Assembly: GCA_037447605.1 (NCBI GenBank)
Contig: CM074813.1
Coordinates: 2,046,001 to 2,110,000 of the forward strand
DNA length: 64,000 nucleotides
Reading direction: 5' to 3'
Source of the DNA: Zygnema circumcarinatum SAG 698-1b
Taxonomy: Eukaryota > Plantae > Zygnematophyceae
Under the pieces are notes generated by a model, which saw only the letters and a list, made by a program, of their open reading frames with translations, was not told the origin of the DNA and made no database searches. How positions within the stretch are numbered: the first letter of the stretch is position 1; the number at the start of each line of letters is the position of its first letter. The position numbers and the translations under genes are program-made. Of this stretch, positions 24,571 through 39,700 are shown piece by piece.

Positions 24571-25108
24571 AAGGAAATTGTTTTTCCGCTGTAGGAGCCG
24601 TCGTTATGCCACGCGTCTCGCCATCCAGCCGTTGAAAGGTCGCGATGCCCTCTTAAACATTTTTTTTTTTTTTGTGGCGCGTTCGCGCAACGGGAGGGAG
24701 CAGGACATGTACGAATTCAACACGGAAAAACAGGTACATGTTTGAACGGAGGTGGTACATGTACATGTAGCGCGTTCACATGGCGTATTTGTGCAACTGT
24801 GGCCGTATTTTTCCTCAAGGAACGGACTGCCAACTGACCATTGACAGTTCTCCATGCTAAAAATACACACACATTTTGTCACATATGACGACAGTGACGT
24901 CACCAAGTTCTGTCTAGGAATGCAACCAACCCCATTAACATGTCCAGGGGGCCATCACGAGAGGTGGTCACTCGCGCCATTCACGCGAGAAGTCGCAACA
25001 AGCATTTCCTTACTTACGTGGCTCACTCGCTGACGCGCATTCCCCACATGTCGCTCACAAGCGGAGCACGGCGCGCGGTGGAGCCTAGGACCACGGCGCG
25101 TGCTTCGT

Positions 25109-25206
25109 CCATCCATGCATCCATGCATCCATGCATCCATGCATCCATGCATCCATGCATCCATGCATGCATCCATCCATCCCGGCAGGCAGGCAGGCAG
25201 GCAGGC
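25109..25206. repeat. (CCATGCAT)n followed by (GCAG)n
   Basis: About 8 octamer units then about 5 gcag units. Confidence 0.9.
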
Positions 25207-25666
25207 TCCAATTGACGACCGGCCGACAGCGCAAGCCCCTTCTTGCTTACAATTCGCACTTCGTTTCAGGACGATCCCTATTGGCGCTCTCGAATAGGGA
25301 GGTCATATTCGCAAACGCTCGGGAGGCATTCCCTCCCTTCCCCTCCGTACACTTCTCCTTCACCACGACACGCGAATTTCGTCTCTTGAAAGTTGAAGCA
25401 TTCGCGCACAGCCACGACAAATCCTACTCCCTCCATGCCTTTGCAAAAGGTCTATCAGTTCAGGAAGACCAGCGAAACTAAACACCTAAGTTTCTGCCTT
25501 ACTCTTCTAACCTCCGAATGGCATCTAATGCACGCCTTCGGCTATCGCCCACTACTAGACCCCCCCCCCCCCCCCCCCCCCNNNNNNNNNNCCCCCCCCC
25601 CCCCCCCCCCCTGCGTCCCCCCCCAGCCTTAGGTTACAAGCCCGTGCCCTATCCCCGAACACTGCC

Positions 25667-27311
25667 CTAAACCTGCTTCAAGAGGTCAAGGCCAAACTCC
25701 ACCGCCTCTTCCCACGTGGCAGCCCCCCGCGCCCTCAAATTCTCATTGCTACAGGCGGGGCGAGACCCAAACATGGCCTCCCGAAATTTGGTTATCTTCT
25801 TGTAGTTGTTGTCCAAGTAAACATACGGCAGCCCGAGCACTGTGGCCATGATGGTGGCATGCAGTCGGTCGGTAACGATGACTCGTCCTCCATCGCACAG
25901 ACAGTCTTTAGCAGTTTCAAACCCATTCCTTCCCTTGTTTAGATTGGCGCTAAGATCCCTCTTAAACTTCATTCCGCACGGCCAATCCTCAACCATAAAG
26001 CTCACCCCATTCCTTGTTAATTTTGCCACTGAGGCGTTGAAGTCGCCGGCGTCTCGCCGCGATTCTGGGTCAGTCCGCTTTAAGAAGAAAATGTCTACTT
26101 TGGGCTGACAGTTGCTGCTGTCGACCGGGCCGACCATGATGGCTCCGTCAGGACAAAGCTGGGAAGGAACGCCCACAAAGTTTTCCCTTAAGAATTCAAG
26201 CGAAGAGATATCTCTCACGAGCACGAGGACGTTTGGATGCTGCGCGAACGCGTCAATGTCTCGCTGCGCGTGCTTTTTGAAGTAATAGTGAACCGACTGG
26301 GGAAGAAAAATGATGGGAACATCCCGGAATCTGTGGATCAGTTCGACGTGATGCGTCGCGATGTCTTTGTATACGTCTCCAAAGTTGCCTCCTCCATGCA
26401 CGACAATGACGCTCTCATTTGGATGACTGTTCAAATCTTCCCATATGGCTTCATAGCTGCACTGCTTCATGGAGCAGTAATGCCGGAGAGGCGTGCCCAT
26501 TTCTTTTAAAAACAACTGCTCTCCGTACTGCACCACCAGGATAGAACAGGAAAAACTCTCAAAGCTTTGAAGACGGGTTTTTGGGTTTTGCACACTCTGT
26601 ATGCAAGTGCCTCAAGTTTTCTCGTCACTTGTAGCTCGAGTACCACATTGAGTAAAGGAGCAATGGGACAGACCTCAGATTCATACAAATGACTCAATGC
26701 ACTTTTTACTCTTTCAAACTGACCTCAATGAAGCAGTCTCCGAGGTTTCCATGCCAGACCATGTCCACCAATTGGGCGTGCTTCCCCTTGACATGCGGAC
26801 CAATCACACGGCGATATTCGTCCTGAAGCTGCCTGATGCACACCTTCCGCTGCTCGTCTCTCTCCTCATTGATGGCCACAAGTGCGGAGTTCAACGCATT
26901 AACGGCCTAAAGAGCGGAAAACATTAACATGCGTGGGTCAGCACTGATCCTTTGAGACGCATCACAATTTAAATTTGTGATTAGGCAGTAAATGATCGGT
27001 ATTGGCTTTAAAATTCGCTAACTTTACTGTCAGTACAGCGGAATCCAGATTCTCCTGCATATGCGTACTTTGGTTCAAGCGGAAGAAGCGGATGCGACGT
27101 GCTGCTTAAGCTAAAGCAAAAACGGCGAATATCTACATTGCATTGCGCTTAAAACCGAATACAGCCAGAAAAAATAGAATTTACGCTTCGCAGAAAAAAT
27201 GAACTGGGATTTTTTGAGAAGAACTAAAGCAGGATTTGAATGGGGGGGAGCGGTTACTTGCAGGAGGACGGCCGCTGAAGCAATAGCTTGGAGAACCATA
27301 CAGCGTGCCAT
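25667..27311 (-). CDS. Polysaccharide pyruvyltransferase family protein, paralog 2, 3 exons
   Basis: Exons 27258-27311 (MARCMVLQAIASAAVLLQ), 26724-26906 (..WHGNLGDCFIE), 25667-26527; same intron positions and the same exon 1 and 2 lengths (54, 183 nt) as paralog 1; HGGGNFGD, PQSV, TDRLHA, LDNNYKK motifs. Confidence 0.9.
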
Positions 27312-28109
27312 GGCTGAGAGTGGGGGAGAGCGAGCGGGAGGGAGGGAGGNNNNNNNNNNGGAGGAAGGAGGGAGGGAGGGAGGGAGGAGGGAGGGAGGGA
27401 GGAAGATAGCGAGAAGTGCAGGAATATAGAGAAAGGAGGGACCGTGGGAGAGGAGGTGGAGGGAGGGAGGGAGATAGAGAGAAATGCAGGAATATAGAAA
27501 AAGGAGGGACCGTGGGAGAGGAGGTGGAGGGAGGGAGGGAGGGAGGGAGGGAGAGTGACTGTGCGGTCTGTCGTCTCCTGCATGCCTTACTTCACTCTTT
27601 GTCCTCGAGCAGTCCTCCGGCGTCCTCGGATACAAGTATCGGCGCGTTGCGACCGTCCGACCCTGTCTGTACTCGCCTGCACGCGTCCGCCCGTTCGAAG
27701 TGTAAAAAAGTCTTTATGCCCCTGCGACAAAATCACCTGACTGCTGACCGTACGGAAATCGCACAAATCCCGGACGCCGGGGCCCCAGATTCTGCCAACG
27801 TACGATGAGAAGCTGAGTTTGCAGTTTTTCAATGCGGGTTTGTTGGCCCGTCGCAATTACGGTTTGCCGACTCCGTTATGCCGTATTTTGATTTTTCGCT
27901 GTACGTCCATACATGCTGTTCAGTTTGACTAACGGGCTTTGAGGATCTCAGCATAGATATGGCAGTTAAACAAATGTGTATTATTTAAACATGGAACAGT
28001 TCGGCCCCTTCCCTTCAGCAGCAGCTTGATCCTTGGAAGCATTGCTACCCGGTTTTCTCGAGGGCGAGAGCTTCTTTAGCTTCAATTTATTATAATAAAA
28101 AGTAACAAA

Positions 28110-31100
28110 ATGTGTAGCCAAGAGAAATTTAGCAGTGGAAATTGGAACGCGCTTACATTTCTCTTTCTTGTTTGCGCACTTGTGATCTGTGCGCCGGCCG
28201 CCGCGCATTCTGGCAGCTATGCAGATGCGGAAGTGAAGAGCCTCCCCGGATACGACGGACAGCTGGCGTCGCGGCATTATGCAGGGTAGGGTATGCAGGC
28301 TGCAGGCCGTCGGCGCAGTGGGTTATGATATTGCAATTCGCTTACATTGCAATTAATCGGCTCTTTAACTGCTCCGTATTGCAAGATTTCAGACCGGAAG
28401 TGTGCGGCATAATGGTAACATACAGTAGGATTCAGGCAACATTCCATAGTTTCATTGCTGCACATGCTTAGCTTTGGAGATTACACCCATAGCGGAGTGC
28501 TAGCTTCTCTTACGTAGCTTTCGAAACTATCAGCTTTTCCAAATTATTCAAATCAGTCGATATTTTATCCCAATATAAAGTTGTGGATACCACTCAATGT
28601 ATGACTAGAAAAACGTCTAAACTGATTTACACGTTTCTAATCTGCTATCAAACCTTTGGACCAGTCTAAGTTATGAGGGGAACTTGAACGGTATGTATCT
28701 GAAGACTCATAGCATATGTTGTGAGCTGTGTTCTTTTTTTCCTTCTCTAGTGTCAGTCTGGTTTGTTTAGTTTATCCACTCTATTGCAACGAAGATGTGG
28801 TGAAGATACTTAAATTGTCTTCGGCACGTCTTGTGAAATAGGTATGTGAATGTGAATGCAGAGAACAATCGCACGCTTTACTACTACTTTGTGACGTCTG
28901 AGAAAGATTCAGGTAAGGCTGTGTTTCTAATGTTACAGGAGAATTGTGGTGAGGAAAATGAGGCGACAGAATATTTTTTTATGCCGAATGCGTTCGAGTT
29001 CCTTTAGGCTGTAAGCGCATGCGAAATGAAAGAGTTCTCTCCGATTTTGTTTTTTCTTTGTTTCTTCTCGTTGTTCATCCTTAAATGTTTTCTATACTCG
29101 CCTCGAGTTTTTGGAAATTCTTTGTGGTTATGATGTCAATATCTTAAATTTTACCTTTGTTGGAATGAAGTTCCTCGAAACCCCTCGTCATCTGGGAGGC
29201 GTTTTCTTCACGAACTTTCCATTTAGATCCAGCTTCTTGAAGAAACTCTTTACTTGTGTCTAGTTCCTTGAAAGAGAATCTCCTTTTGGATCCACTCGCT
29301 TCAGGAGACTTTCCCATTTGGATCCACCTTCGAAGCTATTTCTTTGAAAAAATCTCCTCAGTTGGATCCGCAACTTGAAAACAGTCTCTGTCTGGATTAA
29401 AAGTTTGAGGAATCCCTTCAATTAAATTCAATTCATTCTTGCTTTTTGCTGGGCCCTGCAGCCGCCGATCCCGTCGTTCTTTGGCTAAATGGAGGTCCGG
29501 GCTGCTCCAGCTTTGATGGCTGGGTATATGAGCACGGTAAGTTTCAAAGTAGTTACAAGGGAAGAATGAAAATAAAAAAGGTTAAGTTTGGTACGATTGC
29601 AGAGTATAGTTTTCTCGTTTTGCTTTTGAAAAAACATAGAAGTGTCTCTTTACTCGTGTTTGTTTGTACCTGTTTTAACAGGTTTGCATTCATCAGTCTT
29701 TAATTATGTCAACTCATGCATCGGAAATCTGCAACCACAACAAACCTGTGCATCAGTTTTGCAGCTTGGAGCAAATATATACTCGTATGTCTAACATCTT
29801 TGTTTCCTTGTGTTTGGTTGTTTCTTGCAAGTGAGCAGGACCATTTAATTTCATTCCCGGGAATTCGTCTGAAGGTTTGCCCAAGCTGGTACGGAATCCA
29901 TACTCGTGGGCGAAGGTAAGAAACCTTACTTTTGATGCTTGTTCTAAGGAACTCAACTCACTACTGATACAAGGTCAAAATCTTCATAGGATCTATAAGC
30001 GGCTAATAATTGGCTACAGTTTTTGTTTTGCCGATTTTGCAAGTAGACGGCTATTAGCTAAACCTTCCATTGCCAAAGAGAAGAATTTGTTATAATTGGC
30101 CAATTTCTTGCGTGCTTGCAGGTTGCTAACATGCTTTATGTAGATTCGCCTGCTGGAGTTGGACTCTCATACACGAAGGATTACACTTGCAGCGATCTCA
30201 AAACGGGCGCAGATTTGCACATCTTCCTTCAGAAGTGGTTCACGAAGTTTGTAGATTTCCAGAAGAACGATTTTTTTATTGCTGGGGAATCATATGCTGG
30301 AATCTATGTCCCAGTGACATCCCGCGAAGTTGCACTGGGCATTGAAGCTAAAATTGAGCCGAAGATAAATTTTAAGGTACTGGTTCCAAACCATAAATGC
30401 CCTTCTTAGTAGGGAGGGCAAGCTTTTCCATTTTTCATGAACAATAATTAAAAGAAAATTCGGCGCAGGGGTACTATATTGGCAATGGATGCACCGACGA
30501 TGAATACGATGGTGACGCATTCGTTCCGTTTGTAGCGGGCCATGGCTTAATCAGCTTCAAACTTCAAGAGGTAGTTTGTCAAGCTCTGGCTTCTTGAATT
30601 TGATTACGAACATTGCACTTTTGGAAGAAGAACTTTTCTTAGTCGAGCTCTGCGTTCGAACAATTATATCAATTATATTGTATGAATGCTGAACTCCTCT
30701 TTCCAGGGATGTCCACAGTATTGTTTAATAAGCCTTATTATGAGTCGTATTATTGCATGCCAAAGTTTATTTCAATATCTGGTTTTGTTCATCATGATAA
30801 AAGTCTGACCAGCTTGGATACCTTTTGTTTGCAGAAACTCCGAGCAGTTTGTGGGGGGTCCTACTGGAATGCGTCTGGTGAATGCGAGGACTTGTTGTTC
30901 ACAGTATACGATGTATGTACTAAGAAAGGGACGTGAAAAAGAATGCCATATATTTTGTGCAAGTGGTTCTTGAGACTTGTCTCTTTTGAAAAGAGACATC
31001 TAGAGAAGCCTCTCCTTGTTTTGTATGGTTCGCGAAACCCTTAAGAGTTTCCTTCGACAAACATGGAAATGCTCTAAAACGTTCCACGCTGTTCCGTTTT

Positions 31101-32371
31101 CTCACAACTTGGGTCGAATATTCACAAAACAAATAAACGCACAAAATGGTTCCCCAGAACTATTTTTTTCAAGCTATTCTTGTGTTCCAATGATCTTGCT
31201 CGGTTTTGTATGTTGATGCAGGAGGTGGACGACCTTAACATTTACGACGTGCTTGAGCCTTGCTTCCATTACCCAGACGAGACGCTTAAAATGGCTACAG
31301 ACACGACCCATCAGATTGATACCGGGAAGACAAAGCAACTTCCAAGAAGCTTCCTCACTCTTGGAACCTCCAATCCCCGAAAGCTTCCAGTGCGAACGCG
31401 CTTCACTGGGAGGTCATGGCCCCTGCGGTACACCAAGCGGAACGGAAAGGTGACTCTATGGGGACAACATTCTAACGATTTCCATGTGCCTTGCATCGTA
31501 AGTCACTCTACTTTTATCTGCTTGCTTGATTCGCTTCAAATAACAGTTTCTTATATACCTTGAATAGACTTTTGGAGGTGCTCTAAGTTTGTACCACACC
31601 TCCTTTTTTAGCTCTGTTCTCTTTCGGTCCCGCTCTGGATTTAACTGTCTGTTTAGTCTTCTGTGGTTTGGTGACGCAGGACGACAGATTGGCAACGGTG
31701 TGGCTAAACAGCCCACAGGTTCGAGAAGCCATCCATGCTTTGCCAGTGACTGATATTGGGCTCTGGTCCATCTGCACAATCAAGATTGAATACTACGCTG
31801 ATGCAGGGAGCATGCTGCCCATCCATCGAAACCTCACCATGGCCGGTTACAGAGCCCTGATTTTCAGGTGAGGCATTCTTGCTCCTCTGTTTCATCTGAT
31901 GTTTTTACACGCGAGATTTTATACTCCAGAAAAAAAATACTACTAACAACAGTTTGTGATGTGAGATCGGCAGTGTTTCTCTCTCTGTTGTCCTCTACGG
32001 AGGCCAAAACCCAACAACCCAAACTTTTCTTTCCTCACTCATCCCTCTCGCCCAAGCATTGCTGTGCCTGCAGTCTGTAATACGAGCCATCCCTCCCTCA
32101 CATGTTCGTTACTTGGCATTTTGGCAGCGGGGACCACGACATGTGTGTGCCGTACACGGGCTCCGAGAAGTGGACAAGTGGCATGGGGTACCCTGTGACC
32201 GACAAGTGGCGCCCATGGTATGTGGGCGACCAGGTGGCAGGGTACACGGAAAGCTATGAGCACAACCTAACCTTCGCCACCATCTTGGGGGCGGGCCACA
32301 CTGTGCCCGAATACAAACCTGCAGAAAGTCTCTACTTTCACCAGCGCTTCCTGAAAAACGAGCCTCTCTGA
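28110..32371 (+). CDS. Serine carboxypeptidase, family S10 (SCPL20-like), ~10 exons
   Basis: Signal peptide; VKSLPGY..RHYAG|YV; LYYYFV; [18 protein letters not shown]; NPYSW; [10 protein letters not shown]; GESYAG (catalytic Ser); GDHDMCVP (Asp); [11 protein letters not shown] (His). Confidence 0.95.
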
Positions 32372-33701
32372 GCCCTATGATCAGTGGAGCAGGACCGGAA
32401 ATGTGTGGCTTTGACGGCAATGGAGGGACCGAGCAGGACTTCGTTTGGACCAAAGGGAAATATGTGAGTGGTTTTAAGACTCTTAAGTTTATTTGTAAAT
32501 GGTAGACACTAGTTATGGGCCCGACGAGGCACTGACCGACAGTTTGGCGAGCATCCTGATTTGGCTTATCATCCCAAACTTTGCCGTTTCTAACTTTATG
32601 AAAAGAAAAATGTTTGAAAGGTGAAAGGAGGCATGTTACTGGTTTTCTGTATGTCTGTGATATGTATGGCTTTCATTGCGATCCCCTTCTGTTCGTACTT
32701 GTTTGGGAAAGGAGGGAGTTCCAAGCAAGCAAGGGAATCGCTCACTGTTGCAAGATTGAAATTTCAGTTTTGCTCTTTTCCATGCGATGGCGTTTGCATA
32801 GTGTACAATAGGAACATAGGAAATGGAGTTACTATTTTTGCACAACTTTTTTCTTGCCTTTTTTTTTTGCACCTACGGGTACGTCTTTTGATCAGTTTGA
32901 ACCCATTGTATAAGTAGCAGAGGAGTGAGAGAGGTTACAAATATGCGAAGTTCTGTCCCCTGATTCCTTCGTCATCCCTCAACGTCGAAAACAAGCGATA
33001 GAACATACATACATGGTAACCTTCCAAAATAAATTACATTTACGACAAACTAGGGTGAGTACGGCGTTCTGAAACGCTCTCTACACATCTTATTTACACA
33101 TTGGAATTGACGATTACACGTGTTTGTAGTCCTCTCCGTTGTTCCAGCAAACATGGGGGGGGCTCAGAATTTGAAAATTCGATTTGAATGTAGTTTCTAA
33201 TGGAGAAAATGTTCATTGATTTCAAATTGCGAAAGCCCCATAAGGCCGATACTTGTCCTATTAGGACATTAGGGGGTCTCAGTAATCTAGGAAAAGTTGA
33301 TTTCTGTTCAATCGCCGAACATCCGAGATAAACTGGCAAAGGCAAAAGAGAGAAAACGGCAAGACTGTAAAGTCAAAGGAAATTGCGACAAGGCTTTTAG
33401 GTTCCGAGGTTCCTTAAATGTTTCTATTCCTCTGTTTGTTCCAATTCCATAAAAGACATCCGGAGCTGCACTACACCCCTCCGAAGCCCCTCGATAAACA
33501 GCGCCCTAAAAACGTTACAAAAAAACTGTCTGCACCCCAACTCCAAACCAGGCAGCGCGTGCTAAGCACTTGGAAAAGCCTCCACAACTACACCAACAAC
33601 CTCTCAAGAAAAAAAAGAGTTGCTCAGACTTCAAAGCAAACTGAACCCAGAGCGGTTTCAAGGAGTGACGCAAGGTTTAAGCAAACATTGGATTGGTGAG
33701 T

Positions 33702-36700
33702 CTATTGCTGTGGGTAATAGCTCTGGGCGTAATAGGCCTGCTGTGCAGAGGGGGTGGCGGCAGCAGCGGGAGAGACAGCGGCAGTGACAGCAGGAGGGGC
33801 AGCGTATGACTGCTGAGGATATGCCTGCAACGAGAAGGGCACGGCGAACAATATGAGAAGAGAGGACAGAACCTAACGGTCCTGAGACCCAGCAACCTAG
33901 CAAGCCTCCAAACAAGTCTTCGCACATTTTCCTTCCATAACCCTACAGCAGGGGATCCATCTCCTAACCGTAACCTTCTTGAACTCCACTCAATGGCCCC
34001 AAATAGCCCTCAAAGCATCATGACAATCGCAAAAGCGATATGTTGAAATACCCTTTCACATGGACGGCTAAATGCGGAGTAGCATATATTCAGAGACACT
34101 GAACTATGGGTAGAAATGACGCTGAAGGAACAAAAATAAGGCCTGAAACAGGGTCGCCCCTCTGTACGAAAAAAAGTACGAGTGAGAGGGTCTGGGGTTT
34201 TAAGGATTTAGGGTTCCTCCTACCGCAGGGGCAGCAGCAGCGTAGGGCTGAGAGTATGCACTGTATGCCTGCTGCTGCGGCGCAGGTGTCTGCGCAGGAG
34301 GGGCATAGCCATATGCTCCATTGTAACCGCCATAGGCAGCCTGCAAAAGATGCATTACTAGAGATACGTTAGGAAGATATTTACACTACATGCACTGCAA
34401 TGAAGCAACACATAAAAAAACTGGTAAAACATGTGTGGGAAGGTGCTTGCAGATTTTCCCGTAGAGACAGGGAAGCACGAGGCAGCTAAGCAGCACCATA
34501 CCCCTCCCAAGCCAAGTCAGGACTGCGGAGTTTCAGATTTCTATCCGGATTATTGAAGCGAGTTAAACTAGGACACACAAATTTTCAACCTTCTAATTAT
34601 GTAGGACCCATGAAGAATTAGAACCCTTCAACCTCCAAAGCTCCTTAAATAAAAAAAACTGAAGAAAACCTAGACAAAACACCCAAAAAACATCACCTGC
34701 TGAGGCGGTGCTTGCTGCTGAGGCGCCTGCTGAGCGTAGCTCCCACCCCATCCATGCTGAGCTGGCGGAACCCCCGCACCGGGTGAGGGGCGTGAGGGAG
34801 GCTGCTGCCATCCCTGGGGAGAAGGAGCCCCATAGCCTCCCTGAGCCCCATATCCTTGTGGGGCCCACTGCCCGTTCGCATACCCTCCCTGCATGCCTCC
34901 CTGAACATGATGCGCAGAGCCTCCATGCACCTTCTGGTGCTTTAAGGCTCTCTCTCCTGCAGTAACATCGGAGGCACTCCGCTTTTTGCCCTCTGCTCCC
35001 GTACGCCGTGGCGGGAAGTGTGTCTTGAACCATGACTCTGTTTCAAAAAATGCATTTGTATCTCCAAGCAGGTCCACAAACTGCACAATGAGGATGGAAC
35101 CGGGCCAGGTGTCAGCTCATGTGTGCTGTTGTTCTAGCTAAATCTATGGATCACACGTGAAGGAGTGCCTAGTGTGAACATGGAAAGCTCGACTCACAGA
35201 AGACTAATCACTTACATGACATCCAACAAAAAAAGAATAAAGACTGCATTAGTGCAGAATACAACAAATATGATAAAATATTCGAATGCTAAATTATTGT
35301 TGCTTGGGGAGACATGATAGTGCTCACCTCCACAACCATGGTGGCAATCTCCTCCTTGTCTGCTGCAGTTAGGCAAGGGGTTCCATCAGAGCGCACAGCC
35401 ACCATGGCCTGCTCTCCTAAGGCTTGCACGCGCTTAACTTGGCCGTCACCAGGATGGGCAATTTCAAAAGTCAACGCACCCTGCAATAATAAGCCCACCA
35501 CATAAGGCAGAAGCACAGCGAGGAGAGCAGGAAAGAAAAGACGAAATAAATAGATAGAAGGAGAGGGCAAGAATTGATGGAGAAAAGGAAAAACGGACTT
35601 CAGTAAAAACGTAAGGGACGGAGTAAGAACAGATAATAGAAGACATGATGAAGCTGGGTGAGCGGATTAAGAAGACGCCAGAGGAAGAGAAAAGAAGGCG
35701 AGTAAGAGAAGACTTGGGAAGAGCGAAGGAAAGAAAGGGGCACACTATAAATCAGGCACAGAAAGAACGCCAAACGTGAGGAATCTTCAGGTTTCAGGCT
35801 TTTGAGATTTGAACTGAGTTTAATGTCTGCCCTACCTGCCATATACTCTTTGATATCGGCAATTTCTCGACAGCTTCACTGTAAAGTTCTCTTGCCTTCT
35901 CTGGTTTTCCAGCTGCCTGTGCACACACAGCAGCCATCACAAACCCTAAAACGTTTAGATAGTGCAAACTGAGTAAACCAAACAACGTAAACTCAAACAC
36001 AATATGATGAGAAGCAGTCCTTCCTCCAATCCCCTCTACCCTCCCAACACATTTACAGCCAACACACTACGATTGAAATTACGTCAAACACTTGCTACCA
36101 ACAACCCTCGACCTCGTATGGATTGTGCTAAAAAGGTACTATGTGGCATTGCATTATAGTACCTGATCCAGGTAGTGAGCATATTGCATGTATAAAAACT
36201 GCAAATTTCGGGAATCTTCTTTGTCCTTCTCCGACTGCATTGCGGTCTCATACAATGAACAACCTGCTTCCACATTTCCCTGTAGCACACGTTCGAAAAC
36301 AAGATCCCCCCCTGAGATCAACCACAAACTCGAAAAAACCATTCCACTTGCTGCTTGTTATCTGAGACTGACTAGTCAGTGTGATGTTTGCATTTCAATG
36401 ATAACTTTACTGCAAAAACCACGACAACGTCATAACAGAATTGCTCCACTGCTTCGCCGGATAGCATGATGATTCTAGACCGGAAATTGCCTTGATCAAC
36501 ACAGCACATTGTCGATTGACTTTTTAAAAATGTTTGAACTTCCACTTTTACCCCACTTTTTGCCCAGAAATTTTATGTAAAAGATTGGTTGAGTTTTGCT
36601 GAAGTGTTATGGTGTTCAGAAGCACATACCTGCCTCCTCTCCAGGTTGGCATAGCGAACAATTGCTTCAATCAGTCCTGGGGCAATGCTTTGAAGGATGA

Positions 36701-39700
36701 GGCAATACGCAGCTTGGGCGCCCTCAATGTCGCCATGCTGCTCCCGGAATTTGGCGGCAAAAAGATGGATTTCCGGACGGCGCTGCTCAGGGAGGATGAG
36801 AAAGTGAACCCAATGAGACCTTGAAGATGTAACAGTTCAAGCTAACACCTAAACATCACAAAAAAACCAATAGGCAACCTCAGGCGCCCTGGAGCCTAAC
36901 ACAGGACCTGGCAGAGGGAAGCGGGCAACGAGGAGGACACCTTTACAAATACACAGGTGGCGCGTTGCAAAGCTTCTGAAGCTCGCTCGAAGTCTTGACC
37001 CTCAAGACGAGAGACATAACGGATCCAAAACTCCGGATAACTTGCACAAGGAATGAGGCATCGCTCATACAGATTGACAATCTGCAATGATATTGGAAAC
37101 GATAGAACTGTCAGAATCTTAACTGATCCCAATCTGGCACAACCTACATCAAACAAACTTCCTTGCAACCACAAGGGAGCTCAAAGGTGCTATGAAAAAG
37201 ATGACAAGGGCACAAATTGTCGCCAAAATGAGAAAGTGTCAGAGCTGACACTTTACACAAAAGTACCTTTCCAAAATCGCCTTCTTTTTCCACATAGTCA
37301 AGGTATCGATGCCACACTTGAATCTGCTGCCCATCCAGTGGCTTGCTATGAAACCATGGACGTTTGATATTTATTTCATAGTCTTTAATGTAATTGTCTC
37401 TTTCTTTGCTTGCTTTATAAAGCTCCTCCCGAACTGCAATATATTCTTCTACAAGCTCCACTTCCGTTTTGCCGGCCTTCGAGCCCTCTTCTGTCGGAGG
37501 AAATTCTGCATCTTCTCCTTCGGCAGGAGGAGCAGGTTCAGGCTCCGTTTCCGGAGCTACTGCTAACGCTGCAGCTGCAGCTGCAGCTGCCTCTTCCGGA
37601 CTTTGGATTTCTGCCAAAGGATGGCTGGCGGCGAAGGCCTTGAAACTGTGAAACAGAATGATGAGCCTTAGAGCTTGACCTATTCAACGCAAAATTTGAT
37701 ATAGAGAAGAAAGGTACAGATAAGGCTGTATTAAAACTCAAACTAGGAATTGCACTATTACATCAAAGTCGCCTGCACTCAATACTTGCCAAAACTGGCT
37801 GCATATACCTGTTTGGAAGGGAAGGAGAGCGAGCACTTACTCGTTCCAGTACCGGTCAAGTTGATGTCCCGGATTTGAAAGGCACCGTGTGTACAATTGA
37901 GCAATACGCACCCAATCCTTTTGCTCTGTTTCGAATTCCAAACACTTGTCCCACAAAGTATGAGATGAATAGTCGGTTGCAACGTAGGTGAGGCCGCGCT
38001 CGTACAAACTGCAATGTAAACGAAGAAAAAAAAAACATTCGAATGAGAGGGGCAGCTTCCAAAGTACCTGGAACGAGGACTTCAAGAAAACCGATACCTA
38101 AGCACAAAGTTGAGCCGAAAGAGGAGCCCAGAACACCTCAAGCCGGACTTTCGCGGTACTATATTTCCACTCGACCGACTGTGAAGACTGTGAATGCGAA
38201 GTAAGGGGCCACTTTTGCCATTCTGATTCAAACTCGGGAAAAGTTTTCACGCACAGCTTAGCTTTTCCGAATTGAATGCTGCGGCTGACATTTACCTCAA
38301 ACTACGTCCAACATTTGCGGCGCTGAGGCATCAATGGCCTGCTGTTTAACAGGAGCTTCGCCACAACGACACCATGTTCAGATGCACAACGGAAAGGCTC
38401 ACATCATTAAGACTCGAAGAACGGGCTACTGTAGGGACCTAAGCCTGAGAATTCACTCTAAAAAAAGCAAGGAACCACACTCACAACGAGAAGCGTATGC
38501 AGATGAGCAAGATGGACCGCAAAAACTCTGTGAACTGTAACTGGAAAGTTATCAGACCAAAAAAAGCTGGAAACATTAAAATATAGATATTTGATTATGA
38601 TTTGTCACTGCCAGGTCGCCTGCACCAAGTCGTCTGCACAGCCAGGGAGTGTTAGTCCATAAGTCCACCTGCATGTCCTTGATCCCAACGAAAACTAAAA
38701 AAATCCTGTCGATCTTGAGGAAGATGATGATCCTCCGTGTTCATCAGCTTTCGCAAAATGATAGCTCCAAACGTATCTCAGAAACACACCCAAGAAGCGG
38801 CATTTCCCTTAAAGTGAAAGAGAAGGTGCACACAAACTGAAAATTGGGCTTCACCAAAGTACCTGCGCACTTCCTCAGGGCTGGTGTACGCTTTGCTCTT
38901 GAACACAAGGTAATGCATCCACATGTCCGCGCTGTAAGCGACAGCGGCAACACCTCGCTCGTAAACTTCCTCCGTCTTATCCGGCTCAGCCTGTTGTGTC
39001 TCAAAATATCTCCTCTCGTGATCAGCATACTTCTTCCAGTAACCATAGCAGAGAGGAAACTCCAAAAGGAAGGCGTCGTATGCTACCCTTAGGTTATCAA
39101 GATTTTCCTGCACGAGAATAGCAAAAGAAGAGAAACCGAAAATTTGTCAAAAAAAAACCCCAATGTTGCAGCCTTCATTGTGACGACGCTGGTGTGCAGT
39201 TACAAAGTTTGTAACTTGGTACAAAGGGCAGGACGAAATGCACAAACTCTCAGGTCGCCCCCTATCCGATGCTAACTTACTCCGATGTTTTTTTCCACTT
39301 CCGAAAGGAGATTTGTCCAAGCTGCGAAGTCTGCAGGATTCTCCCTGACTTGATTCCAAAGCCTATCTTCCTCTGAGATTTCTGCAACCACATGCCTCCC
39401 TATCAGTCCACACTTGCAGGACAAAACCGCGATTGAAGTGGCCACTTTTTAATATATTCATGAACGCTCCAACACAATTTGACTTCCTCGTACTTTCTTG
39501 CGAAAGCTCCATAGCCAACCTTCGACAGCTCGGGCATTGATCAACAGACTGAAAAATCCTTAAAATAGAATGAATCAGTGTGGATACCAGGAAAAAAAGT
39601 TCCAAGAGCTACCATTCCTTAACACTTGTAGGGCATCACAGGATTTTCTTTTACAGCTACACACACCTTTCTTCACTTCTGCTGCGGGATCCTCTTGAGC

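Noticed and set aside
29220-29400. Spaced GGATCC-containing repeats in a carboxypeptidase intron as a structured array
   Set aside because: Irregular spacing (about 30-65 bp) and low identity; an ordinary decayed minisatellite.
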